From Pelagibacteraceae bacterium AG-337-G06 (GTDB lineage Bacteria; Pseudomonadota; Alphaproteobacteria; Pelagibacterales; AG-422-B15), in contig QBZX01000002.1 of assembly GCA_003282175.1 (NCBI GenBank), forward strand, positions 50,742 to 114,741: a DNA stretch of 64,000 nucleotides, in the 5' to 3' direction. A program made the position numbers and the translations under genes. The notes beneath the pieces were generated by a model. That model did not search any database. It was given only the letters and a program-made list of their open reading frames with translations, and was not told the DNA's origin. Positions 10,497 to 19,181 of this stretch are shown here, in pieces. The first letter of the stretch is position 1; each line of letters starts with the position of its first letter.

Positions 10497-11447
10497 ATGA
10501 AAGCAATCGGATACAATTCATATGGAGGCATTGAAAAACTCCAAATATTAGATGTTAAGAACCCACTACCAAAACGTCATGAAGTTGCCATCAAAGTCTC
10601 AGCAATATCACTGAATCCTGTTGATTTAAAAAAAATGAGAGGTGGGTTTAAGCCCATTACTAACATAAACAAATTTCCAATAATAACTGCATGCGATTTT
10701 AGTGGAGAAATAGTTGAAATTGGCAATGATGTTGGTGCATTTAAAGTCGGAGATCAGGTATTTGGTATGCAGGATATATTATTCAATGGAAGCGCAGCTG
10801 AAATAATTACAATATCTCAAAAATATATATCTTTAGCTCCTAGTAATATTGAACTATCTGAATCAGCAGCAATACCTCAAGTGGGCAATACATCTTTATT
10901 AGCTCTAAGAAATATCGCGTCTTTAAGAAAAGGACACAAGTTGTTAATCAATGGTGCCTCGGGAGGAGTTGGAACATTTGCACTTCAAATGGCAAAAATA
11001 TATGAAGCCGATATTACTGCCGTTACAAGTGATAGAAATATTGAATGGGTAAAAAATCAATTTGGTATTGAAAATATTATCGATTATACAAAAACTGACC
11101 TCACAGAAACATCTGATAAATATGATATTATTTTTGATGCTAACGGAAATCTTTCATTTCCAAAAATTTCTAATTCTTTATCCACAAATGGTATTTATGT
11201 AACAACAAAATTCAACATCTATAACAATATTGATACTGCAAAACAGCTATTCAAACGAAAGAAATCTCGTACAGTACTATCTGGAAGAACATCTACATCA
11301 AACCTTGATATGTTCAGGATGTGGATTGAAGATGGTAAGTTGAAACCTGTAATTGAAAAAACTTATTCATTTGACCAGTACCACGAGGCCTACGAGCATT
11401 TATCGAGCGGTAGAGCAAAAGGGAAGCTGTTAATAAAAATTATTTAA
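10497..11447 (+). CDS. MDR-family NAD(P)-dependent quinone oxidoreductase / alcohol dehydrogenase-like
   Basis: MKAIG start at 10497, SLNPVD, DFSGEI, INGASGGVG, GRAKGKL; no Zn-ADH Cys cluster. Confidence 0.85.
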   Translation: MKAIGYNSYGGIEKLQILDVKNPLPKRHEVAIKVSAISLNPVDLKKMRGGFKPITNINKFPIITACDFSGEIVEIGNDVGAFKVGDQVFGMQDILFNGSAAEIITISQKYISLAPSNIELSESAAIPQVGNTSLLALRNIASLRKGHKLLINGASGGVGTFALQMAKIYEADITAVTSDRNIEWVKNQFGIENIIDYTKTDLTETSDKYDIIFDANGNLSFPKISNSLSTNGIYVTTKFNIYNNIDTAKQLFKRKKSRTVLSGRTSTSNLDMFRMWIEDGKLKPVIEKTYSFDQYHEAYEHLSSGRAKGKLLIKII

Positions 11448-11449
11448 TC

Positions 11450-12295
11450 ATGCGCACTACTATCAACCAGATTATATCGCCAATAAATACATCAGATGGC
11501 GCAGGTGTTAAATTAAAGCGATCAATTGGTACTCAGCTTCTTGATTACTTTGACCCGTTTTTGATGCTGGATGAATTTGGCTCTGATAAAAGCGATGATT
11601 ACCTTGGCGGGTTCCCGGCTCACCCACACCGAGGCATAGAAACAGTTACGTATATGTTAAATGGTGAATTTGAACATAAGGATAGTACTGGGGCAGTAGG
11701 AGTCATGAAGTCAGGTGATGTTCAATGGATGAAGACAGGAAGTGGGATTATTCATTCAGAAATGCCTGCAATGTCTGAGGGTAAATTACATGGATTCCAG
11801 CTTTGGATAAATATGCCTGCAGAAAAAAAAATGGACGACCCTGAATATATTTACTTAGACTCAAATCAAATCAAAACATACGAAGATACTGATATTAAAG
11901 TTAAGGTTATTGCTGGTTCTTTTAAAGAGGTAAGTGGACTCGTAAAAAAACATAATATTGATCCTACGTATCTTGATATTCAAATTATTAGCGACCAACC
12001 ATTTAAATACAATCTAGAAAATGAATACAACTCATTTATTTACGTATATTCTGGCAGCATTTATTTGGACGGTGACAATAGTGAAATTAAAAGTTCACAT
12101 TTAATTACTTTAAATAAAGGTGGCAGCTTAGTGGTTAAAAGTAAAAATAGAGCAAAGTTTCTATTAGTATCTGGTAAGCCTATTGGTGAACCAATTGCAA
12201 GAGGTGGCCCTTTTGTAATGAATACAAGAGATGAGATTATTTCTGCTATAAATGATTATAATAATGGCACATTTGTTAAGGCGGGAGTGAAGTAA
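11450..12295 (+). CDS. Pirin family protein
   Basis: DPFLMLDEF, GFPAHPHRGIETVTY, GIIHSEMP, GFQLWIN, GPFVMNT. Confidence 0.95.
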   Translation: MRTTINQIISPINTSDGAGVKLKRSIGTQLLDYFDPFLMLDEFGSDKSDDYLGGFPAHPHRGIETVTYMLNGEFEHKDSTGAVGVMKSGDVQWMKTGSGIIHSEMPAMSEGKLHGFQLWINMPAEKKMDDPEYIYLDSNQIKTYEDTDIKVKVIAGSFKEVSGLVKKHNIDPTYLDIQIISDQPFKYNLENEYNSFIYVYSGSIYLDGDNSEIKSSHLITLNKGGSLVVKSKNRAKFLLVSGKPIGEPIARGGPFVMNTRDEIISAINDYNNGTFVKAGVK

Positions 12296-12760
12296 ATGGC
12301 ATGTATTTATGACTTTTCTGTAAAAGACATTGATCACCAAGAAATTAGTCTTAAAAAATTCAAGGGTAAAACTTTGCTTATAGTTAATGTTGCTAGCCGG
12401 TGCGGTTTTACACCTCAATATACCGGACTTCAGAATTTATATGAAAAATATAAAGATAAAGGATTTGAGATCTTAGCTTTTCCATGTAATCAGTTTGGCT
12501 CACAGGAAAAAGGAACTAATGATGAGATTAAGGATTTTTGTAGTAATGAGTACAATGTGTCGTTCACACTTTTTGATAAAATTGAAGTAATTGGAGATAA
12601 TGCTTCACCTTTATTTAAAAAACTTACTCAAGATGCAGGTAGAGAAATACAATGGAACTTTACAAAATATTTAATAAACAAAGATGGTGACTTTGTACGT
12701 GGATTTGGAACTCAAAAAAAACCAGAAGAAATAGAAGAACATATTATTAAAATATTGTAA
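12296..12760 (+). CDS. Glutathione peroxidase family protein (Cys-type)
   Basis: LIVNVASRCGFTPQY, LAFPCNQFG.QE, WNFTKYL. Confidence 0.95.
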   Translation: MACIYDFSVKDIDHQEISLKKFKGKTLLIVNVASRCGFTPQYTGLQNLYEKYKDKGFEILAFPCNQFGSQEKGTNDEIKDFCSNEYNVSFTLFDKIEVIGDNASPLFKKLTQDAGREIQWNFTKYLINKDGDFVRGFGTQKKPEEIEEHIIKIL

Positions 12761-12762
12761 TT

Positions 12763-13338
12763 ATGGCTGACCAGATAAATCAAATATTTGTCGAACCGCA
12801 GACTTGCTATAAGTTTTTAGACAAAGAAGTCTCAGATCAATCACTCAATGATTTATATGATTTGCTGAAGTGGGGCCCTACATCTTTTAACTGCAGTCCC
12901 ATGAGGTTAAAATTTCTTAAAAGCAGGCAAGCAAAAGAAAATTTATCACGACTTGTAAGTGAGGATAATGTTAATAAGGTCTTGAATGCACCTGTTTGCA
13001 CGATTATTGGCATGGATACCGAATTTTGGAGAGACTTACCAAAGAATTACCTTCGTGAGAATGCAAAAAAATATTTTGAAAATGACCCAGAAAAATCTCA
13101 AATTACTGCATTTAGAAATTCATCAATTCAAGGGGGTTATTTTTTGAAAGCCGCCAACGCTCTCGGTCTGGCTGTGGGGCCAATGTCTGGATTTTCTAAC
13201 GAATTAGTTGATGAGGAATTTTTTAATGGGACAACGACCAAAAGTAATTTTTTATGTAACCTAGGTTACCCTGATAAAGACGGTTATTTCGAAAGAGCGC
13301 AGCGTTATAACTTTAGTGATATTGCAGAAATCCTCTAA
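12763..13338 (+). CDS. RutE-like nitroreductase (malonic semialdehyde reductase family)
   Basis: LKWGPTSFNCSPMR, AFRNSSIQGGY, GPMSGF, NFLCNLGY. Confidence 0.85.
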   Translation: MADQINQIFVEPQTCYKFLDKEVSDQSLNDLYDLLKWGPTSFNCSPMRLKFLKSRQAKENLSRLVSEDNVNKVLNAPVCTIIGMDTEFWRDLPKNYLRENAKKYFENDPEKSQITAFRNSSIQGGYFLKAANALGLAVGPMSGFSNELVDEEFFNGTTTKSNFLCNLGYPDKDGYFERAQRYNFSDIAEIL

Positions 13339-14306
13339 GCTGCAATAAGGTTTAAGTAGGCATACTCAAGTTTTTGAATGTCTCTTAATCTAATCAGATC
13401 ATTAATTTCTTGCTTAAATTTCTTCGATCCAGGAACTCCAAAGCAAAACGCTAAAAGGGGACTTAATAGTTCATAGGTTGAAATTAGATCAATATTCTCT
13501 TTCACATAATCAAAATATTTTTTTACTACAAAACTCCTATCTAACTCTATCTTTTTCAAGCTATAAAACTTAGAGTCAACATCTTCTAAAAAAAATGGGT
13601 TGGCTTGAATTGATCTTCCTACCATCACTCCATCTAAATAATTCAATTGATCTAGACAATCATCAATATTGTCTAAACCACCATTGATTATGAATTTAAT
13701 ATGTGGAAACTCTTTTTTAATTTTATAGACAAAATCGTATTTAAGTGGCGGTAACGTACGGTTTCTTTTAGGGTCAAGACCTTTAAGATACGCTTTACGT
13801 GCGTGAATAAAGATAATTTTGATACCACTTTCAATAACTGTTGAAATGAAACTTTTGAAAAAGTCATATGTATCAAATTCATCTACTCCAATTCGACATT
13901 TCAATGAAACGTCCATTGAAGTTTCAGACTTCATTCCTTGAAGACATTGTTTGACCAGGGTTGCTTCTTTCATTAGACATGCACCCATTTTACCCTGTGA
14001 TACTTTTTTTGATGGACAGCCGACATTGAGATTTATTCCCTGATAATTATATTGATTTGCAAGTTCTGTTGAATATTTTAACAGATTAACGTCAGAACCG
14101 CCCACTTGAAGAATCACAGGTGACTCGATAGATTCTTTTCTCAGCATTTTCTTAAAGTCACCTCGATGTAATGCTTGGCTAGCTATCATCTCTGTAAATA
14201 ACACTGCTTCCTTAGATATCAATCTATACATATAGCGTGCACTTGATGTGGTTACACCCATCATTGGTGCTACGGAAAACTTATAATTTAAATTTAATTC
14301 ATTCAT
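13335..14306 (-). CDS. dusA: tRNA-dihydrouridine(20/20a) synthase
   Basis: FSVAPMM, NLNVGCPS, GACLM, KCRIGVD, HARKAYLKGLDPK.NR..PPL.Y, INGG, GVMVGR. Confidence 0.9.
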   Translation of the reverse strand: MNELNLNYKFSVAPMMGVTTSSARYMYRLISKEAVLFTEMIASQALHRGDFKKMLRKESIESPVILQVGGSDVNLLKYSTELANQYNYQGINLNVGCPSKKVSQGKMGACLMKEATLVKQCLQGMKSETSMDVSLKCRIGVDEFDTYDFFKSFISTVIESGIKIIFIHARKAYLKGLDPKRNRTLPPLKYDFVYKIKKEFPHIKFIINGGLDNIDDCLDQLNYLDGVMVGRSIQANPFFLEDVDSKFYSLKKIELDRSFVVKKYFDYVKENIDLISTYELLSPLLAFCFGVPGSKKFKQEINDLIRLRDIQKLEYAYLNLIAA

Positions 14307-15163
14307 ATTTTTTGTTTAATCGTAATTAAAACTCCACTACTAACAATGCAAAGAATACCAAAACAAACGATTATATTTGGTATATCTTTAAAAAATAAAA
14401 TGCTTATTAACATATTACTTATGATTTCAAAATAGTGAAATGGCGCCAAAATACTTGCTTCAGCATTCTGATAGGCCTTAATAAATATAAAATGTACTAA
14501 AATCACAACTAATCCAATTGAACCCATCAATAGATACTGGTCAATTGTTGGAGAGCTTTCCCAAAAAAATGGAAGACACAGTGTCATTATTATGGCGCCA
14601 GGTATAGCAGTGTAACATAGACTTACCCAAGGATCAGAATTGAAATTAACCCTTCTTGTGTAGATTAAGTACATGGCGTAACAAAATCCAGACAACAAAG
14701 CCAAAAGTGAATAGAAATTAAATTCTTCAAACCCTGGTTGTATGACCAGTGATGTTCCAAAAAAACCAAAGAAAGTACAAAATATTTTAAAAGAATTTAA
14801 TTGTTCTTTAAGAATATAAGAAGACATGAATACCACAATAATTGGAGCAACGAGCATTATACTTAAGGCATTGGCAAGAGGAATTTCTGAAATAGCACCA
14901 TAGAAAAAAGCAGTAGCTAAAAAAATAAAAGTTCCTCTAACAATTTGGTGTTTAGATGAGGAACTAAAAAATAATTTTTTACCCTTTATAAAATAAACAA
15001 GGGGTACCAGAAAAATAAAATGACTGAAGAACCTCGCCCAAATAATTTCTAAAATATGAATGTCTTCGCTTAAATATTTTGCTAGTGCATCGTATAGGGG
15101 GGCAATCAGTAATCCTAAGCATAAAAGCGATATGCCTAAGACAACATTCTGCTTAGGAAGCAT
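14303..15163 (-). CDS. DMT/EamA family transporter
   Basis: About 10 TM helices; DALAKYLS, IIWARF, VIQPG, AEASILAPFHY. Confidence 0.88.
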   Translation of the reverse strand: MLPKQNVVLGISLLCLGLLIAPLYDALAKYLSEDIHILEIIWARFFSHFIFLVPLVYFIKGKKLFFSSSSKHQIVRGTFIFLATAFFYGAISEIPLANALSIMLVAPIIVVFMSSYILKEQLNSFKIFCTFFGFFGTSLVIQPGFEEFNFYSLLALLSGFCYAMYLIYTRRVNFNSDPWVSLCYTAIPGAIIMTLCLPFFWESSPTIDQYLLMGSIGLVVILVHFIFIKAYQNAEASILAPFHYFEIISNMLISILFFKDIPNIIVCFGILCIVSSGVLITIKQKI

Positions 15164-15166
15164 TAA

Positions 15167-16345
15167 TTATTTATTAAGTTCGCGCATAGCCTGATCAATA
15201 CCTTCAATGGTTAAAGGAAACATTCTATCCGAAAAAATTTGCTTTATGATTGAAGCTGATGATATGCGGTCCCAGTATCTTTCTGGTATTGGATTTAACC
15301 ATATTGCGTTTTCATAGACATTCAGAAGCCTAGTTAGCCACGTCTCACCTGACTCTTCGTTCCAAAATTCAACACTTCCTCCAGGATATGTAATCTCATA
15401 TGGACTCATTTCGGCATCGCCAACAAATATAACTTTATAGTCTGAAGGGTATTTATGAAGAAGATCCCAAGTCTTTATGTTCTCATTGTACCTTCTTTTA
15501 TTATCTTTCCATACGGCGTCATAGAGGCAGTTATGATAGTAAAAATACTCCATGTGCTTAAATTCTGTTCTTGCTGCAGAAAAGAGCTCTTCACATATTT
15601 TTATATGAGCATCCATCGACCCACCAACATCGAAAAATAAAAGTACTTTTATCTTATTCCTACGTTCGGGCATCATCTTTACGTCAATGTAACCTTTATG
15701 TGCAGTAGATTTGATTGTATTATCTAAATCTAGTTCTGATTCAACTCCTTCACGAGCAAACTTCCTTAGTCTTCGAAGTGCAACTTTAATATTACGAGTT
15801 CCCAACTCCACATCACCATCGAGGTTGCTGAACTCTCTTTTGTCCCATACTTTTACAGCTTTTTTATTTCGACTTTCTTTTTGACCAATCCGAATGCCTT
15901 CAGGATTATAGCCATATGCACCGAAAGGAGATGTTCCTCCAGTGCCAATCCACTTACTACCACCTTGATGACGTTTTTTTTGTTCTTCTAAACGTTTTTT
16001 TAATGTTTCCATTAGCTTGTCCCAACCGCCTAAGGACTCAACCATTTTTTTCTCTTCGTCAGTAAGGTATTTTTGCCCCATGAGCTTCAACCACTCTTCT
16101 GGTATTTCTTTTTCTGTTTCACTTTCAGAGTTTTCGAGCCCTTTAAAAGAATGTCCAAAGACTCTGTCAAATTTATCCAGATATCTCTCGTCTTTAACTA
16201 GCGCTGATCGGCTTAAGTAATAAAAATCATTTACATTAAAAGAGTCCACAACCCTTTTGTTCATGGCCTCCATAAGCATCAAATATTCTTTTAAGGATAC
16301 AGGTAAACTTGCTTGCTTAAGGTCAAAGAAGAAATTAATGAACAT
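15167..16345 (-). CDS. vWA-domain protein (CoxE-like MoxR partner)
   Basis: MIDAS-like DVGGSMD, HQGGSKWIGTGGTSPFG, FVGDAEMSPYE, WLNP. Confidence 0.88.
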   Translation of the reverse strand: MFINFFFDLKQASLPVSLKEYLMLMEAMNKRVVDSFNVNDFYYLSRSALVKDERYLDKFDRVFGHSFKGLENSESETEKEIPEEWLKLMGQKYLTDEEKKMVESLGGWDKLMETLKKRLEEQKKRHQGGSKWIGTGGTSPFGAYGYNPEGIRIGQKESRNKKAVKVWDKREFSNLDGDVELGTRNIKVALRRLRKFAREGVESELDLDNTIKSTAHKGYIDVKMMPERRNKIKVLLFFDVGGSMDAHIKICEELFSAARTEFKHMEYFYYHNCLYDAVWKDNKRRYNENIKTWDLLHKYPSDYKVIFVGDAEMSPYEITYPGGSVEFWNEESGETWLTRLLNVYENAIWLNPIPERYWDRISSASIIKQIFSDRMFPLTIEGIDQAMRELNK

Positions 16346-16373
16346 ACTAATTTATCTTAATGAAAAAATAATT

Positions 16374-17228
16374 CTACTCAAGATTCTCATTTTCTCTTCG
16401 AGAGATAAAGGCTAATCGCTCAAATAAATGAACGTCTTGCTCATTTTTCAAAAGAGCGCCATGAAGGGGTGGAATAAGCTTTTTGGGATCTTTTTCCCTC
16501 AATATTTTTGCATCCACGTCATCGGTCATCAATAATTTAAGCCAATCAATAAGCTCAGATGTTGATGGCTTTTTTTTGATACCTGGGACTTCTCTAATAT
16601 CATAAAAAATCTTAAATGCTTCTTGTATAAGGTCTTTTTTTATTTCAGGATAATGTACATTAACAATTTCTTCCATAGTGTCTGGATCAGGAAACTTAAT
16701 GTAATGGAAAAAACATCTCCTTAAAAAGGCATCAGGTAGCTCTTTTTCGTTATTTGAAGTGATGATTACAATTGGTCTATTTTCTGCTTTTATGGTCTCT
16801 CCTGTCTCATAAACAAAAAATTCCATTTTATCAAGTTCTAGGAGAAGATCGTTTGGAAATTCAATATCTGCTTTATCAATTTCATCAATCAAAAGTACCG
16901 GTCTTTTATTACTCTCAAAAGCATTCCACAATTTACCCTTACTTATATAATTTTTAATATCTTTTACTTTTTCATCTCCAAGCTGAGAGTCTCTTAATCT
17001 AGTAACAGCGTCATACTCATACAGCCCTTGTTGAGCTTTGGTCGTTGACTTAATATGCCATGTAATAATTTCGGCCCCTAATGATTGAGCAACCTCGTGA
17101 GCCAACATAGTCTTACCAGTGCCAGGCTCTCCTTTGACAATGATCGGTCTTTCCAAGGTTATAGCTGCATTAACCGCAACTTTTAGGTCCTCAGTAGCTA
17201 TATATGAACTTGTGCCTTCAAATTTCAT
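16374..17228 (-). CDS. MoxR-family AAA+ ATPase (CoxD-like)
   Basis: GEPGTGKT, LLIDEIDKADIEFPNDLL, ITSNNEKELPDAFLRRC, KKPSTSELIDW. Confidence 0.92.
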   Translation of the reverse strand: MKFEGTSSYIATEDLKVAVNAAITLERPIIVKGEPGTGKTMLAHEVAQSLGAEIITWHIKSTTKAQQGLYEYDAVTRLRDSQLGDEKVKDIKNYISKGKLWNAFESNKRPVLLIDEIDKADIEFPNDLLLELDKMEFFVYETGETIKAENRPIVIITSNNEKELPDAFLRRCFFHYIKFPDPDTMEEIVNVHYPEIKKDLIQEAFKIFYDIREVPGIKKKPSTSELIDWLKLLMTDDVDAKILREKDPKKLIPPLHGALLKNEQDVHLFERLAFISRRENENLE

Positions 17229-17371
17229 TAAATTCTTAAAATTGTTTCAGGAAACATATTATATTTCAGCTATATATCAATCATAAAAATTGTATTGTTC
17301 AATTGACTTAAATATCAAAAACTACTAAAAGCACCAGACTGTTTTTAATTCTAAATCCAAAAGGAGTAAAC

Positions 17372-17782
17372 ATGGTAAAACTTCCAAAGAGCTATAAGCC
17401 TACAAAATCTGAAAAATTCATGAACGCGAAACAGAAGGAATATTTTAGAACAAAGCTTAAAGATTGGAAGAATGACATTTACAAAGAAAGCAGAGAAACT
17501 GTTGAGAATCTCCAAGATTCAATCGCCCCAGCCGATATGTCTGATAGGGCTACCCAAGAATCAGAAAAAACACTAGAACTCAAATCAAGAGACCGGCAAC
17601 GAAAATTAGTTGCTAAAATAGATGCAGCATTAGCTAGAATCGAAAATGGAAGTTATGGTTACTGTGAAGTTACAGGCGAACCTATCAATATTGAGAGATT
17701 GGATGCAAGACCAGTAACGACACTAAGTATAGAGGCTCAGGAAATGCACGAAAGAAACGAAAAATTGCATTCTGATGATTAA
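17372..17782 (+). CDS. dksA: RNA polymerase-binding transcription factor DksA
   Basis: FMN..Q.EYFR.KL..W, coiled-coil tip D..DRA, RDRQRKL..KID.AL.RI..GSYGYCE.TGEPI...RL.ARP; SD AAGGAG at 17361. Confidence 0.95.
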   Translation: MVKLPKSYKPTKSEKFMNAKQKEYFRTKLKDWKNDIYKESRETVENLQDSIAPADMSDRATQESEKTLELKSRDRQRKLVAKIDAALARIENGSYGYCEVTGEPINIERLDARPVTTLSIEAQEMHERNEKLHSDD

Positions 17783-17895
17783 AAAAACTTATTAACAAAG
17801 AAAATCGGCCAAATTCATATATTTATTCACGTATTTTGCTTATGGATGTAACATCTGTAAATAGAATCACCTGTTGATAAAAATATAAAATATAA

Positions 17896-17910
17896 GAACA
17901 TTAATTGAAC
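17896..17910 (+). promoter_or_regulatory. Alphaproteobacterial LexA (SOS) box, distal
   Basis: GAAC-ATTAATT-GAAC is an exact GAAC-N7-GAAC direct repeat upstream of recA. Confidence 0.7.
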
Positions 17911-17962
17911 AAATTATATTTTATACAATAAAAACAGTAGCTTAATTAGTATTGTAAAATTA

Positions 17963-17977
17963 GAACAAAATGTGTAC
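17963..17977 (+). promoter_or_regulatory. Alphaproteobacterial LexA (SOS) box, proximal
   Basis: GAAC-AAAATGT-GTAC matches the GAAC-N7-GTAC variant, ending 38 nt before the recA ATG. Confidence 0.75.
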
Positions 17978-18015
17978 ATTGAGAACAGTTATTAATTACA
18001 GTTTGGAGAAAGCAG

Positions 18016-19095
18016 ATGAGCAAAGCAAATTTGAAAGTAGTAGACGATAAAAAAATGGACAACTCTGAAAAAGCAAAAGCCTTAGATGTAGCAATGTCAC
18101 AAATTGAGCAGACTTATGGAAAAGGTTCAATTATGAAACTGGGCCAAAGAACTGCCATGGATGTTGAAGCTATTTCAACTGGATCCTTGTCGTTAGATGT
18201 AGCATTAGGAATAGGTGGTTTACCAAAAGGTCGTATTGTTGAAATCTATGGCCCTGAATCATCAGGTAAAACTACTTTGGCACTCCATGTTATCGCAGAA
18301 GCACAAAAGAAAGGCGAGAACTGTGCATTCATTGATGCTGAGCATGCGTTAGATCCTGCGTACGCAAAAAAATTAGGAGTGAATATTGATGAATTGCTAA
18401 TTTCTCAACCTGATACTGGGGAGCAAGCACTAGAGATTACTGACTCACTAGTTAGGTCTAAGGCAATATCCGTATTAGTAGTTGATTCCGTAGCCGCATT
18501 AACACCAAAGGCAGAAATCGAAGGTGAAATGGGTGATGCGCATATGGGTCTTCAAGCTAGATTGATGAGCCAGGCATTGAGAAAGTTAACTGGATCAGTT
18601 TCTAAATCTAATTGTATGGTTATCTTCATTAATCAAATTAGAATGAAAATTGGTGTAATGTTTGGCAGTCCCGAGACAACCGCAGGTGGAAATGCTTTAA
18701 AATTTTATTCATCATGTAGATTGGATATTAGAAGGATTGGTGCAATTAAAGATAAAGATGAAATTATTGGAAACCAAACGAGAGTTAAAGTTGTAAAGAA
18801 TAAGGTCGCACCACCATTTAGATTGGTTGAGTTTGATATAATGTACGGCGAAGGCATTTCAAAGTTAGGTGAGCTTATTGATCTTGGAGTTAAGGTGGGA
18901 ACTATTGAAAAATCTGGAGCATGGTTCTCATATAAAGGAGAGAAAATTGGTCAAGGAAGAGAAAATTCTAAGATCTTCCTCAAAGAAAATCCCGCTATAG
19001 CTCAAGAAATTGAGTCGATAATTAGAGGGCAGTCAGAAGAAATGCCTGAGCAAATTGGTGAAAACTCGGAAACCGAAGAACCAGAAGAAGAATAA
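18016..19095 (+). CDS. recA: Recombinase A
   Basis: [49 protein letters not shown]; acidic C-terminal tail. Confidence 0.99.
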   Translation: MSKANLKVVDDKKMDNSEKAKALDVAMSQIEQTYGKGSIMKLGQRTAMDVEAISTGSLSLDVALGIGGLPKGRIVEIYGPESSGKTTLALHVIAEAQKKGENCAFIDAEHALDPAYAKKLGVNIDELLISQPDTGEQALEITDSLVRSKAISVLVVDSVAALTPKAEIEGEMGDAHMGLQARLMSQALRKLTGSVSKSNCMVIFINQIRMKIGVMFGSPETTAGGNALKFYSSCRLDIRRIGAIKDKDEIIGNQTRVKVVKNKVAPPFRLVEFDIMYGEGISKLGELIDLGVKVGTIEKSGAWFSYKGEKIGQGRENSKIFLKENPAIAQEIESIIRGQSEEMPEQIGENSETEEPEEE

Positions 19096-19120
19096 ATTTT
19101 AATCATTATAATTGATCATA

Positions 19121-19158
19121 GCAAGGAGGCGCTGAAAAGTGCCTTTTTGCGTTTTATT
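19121..19158 (+). terminator. Probable intrinsic terminator after recA
   Basis: GCAAGGAGGCGC-TGAAAA-GTGCCTTTTTGC forms a 12-bp stem with G-U pairs, followed by GTTTTATT. Confidence 0.7.
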
Positions 19159-19175
19159 CAACAGGGTGTTATACG
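19147..19175 (+). promoter_or_regulatory. Putative sigma70 promoter of alaS (leaderless-type)
   Basis: TTGCGT-N17-TATACG with TG extension, ending 6 nt before ATG 19182. Confidence 0.5.
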
Positions 19176-19181
19176 TAACAT

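Noticed and set aside
12296-12760. Possible selenocysteine glutathione peroxidase
   Set aside because: The active-site codon is TGC (Cys) and there is no in-frame TGA.
13335-14306. dusA as a genomic-island integration site
   Set aside because: No integrase, att duplication or foreign cargo is adjacent to it.
15167-17228. CO dehydrogenase (cox) cluster
   Set aside because: Only the CoxD/E-like accessory pair is present, with no coxL/M/S in the window.
17789-17880. DnaA-box-like 9-mers (TTATTAACA, TTATTCACG, TGTTGATAA) and a GATGT-A-ACATC palindrome in the dksA-recA spacer, suggesting oriC
   Set aside because: Each has 1-2 mismatches in very AT-rich DNA, there are no origin-associated genes nearby, and skew cannot be computed here.
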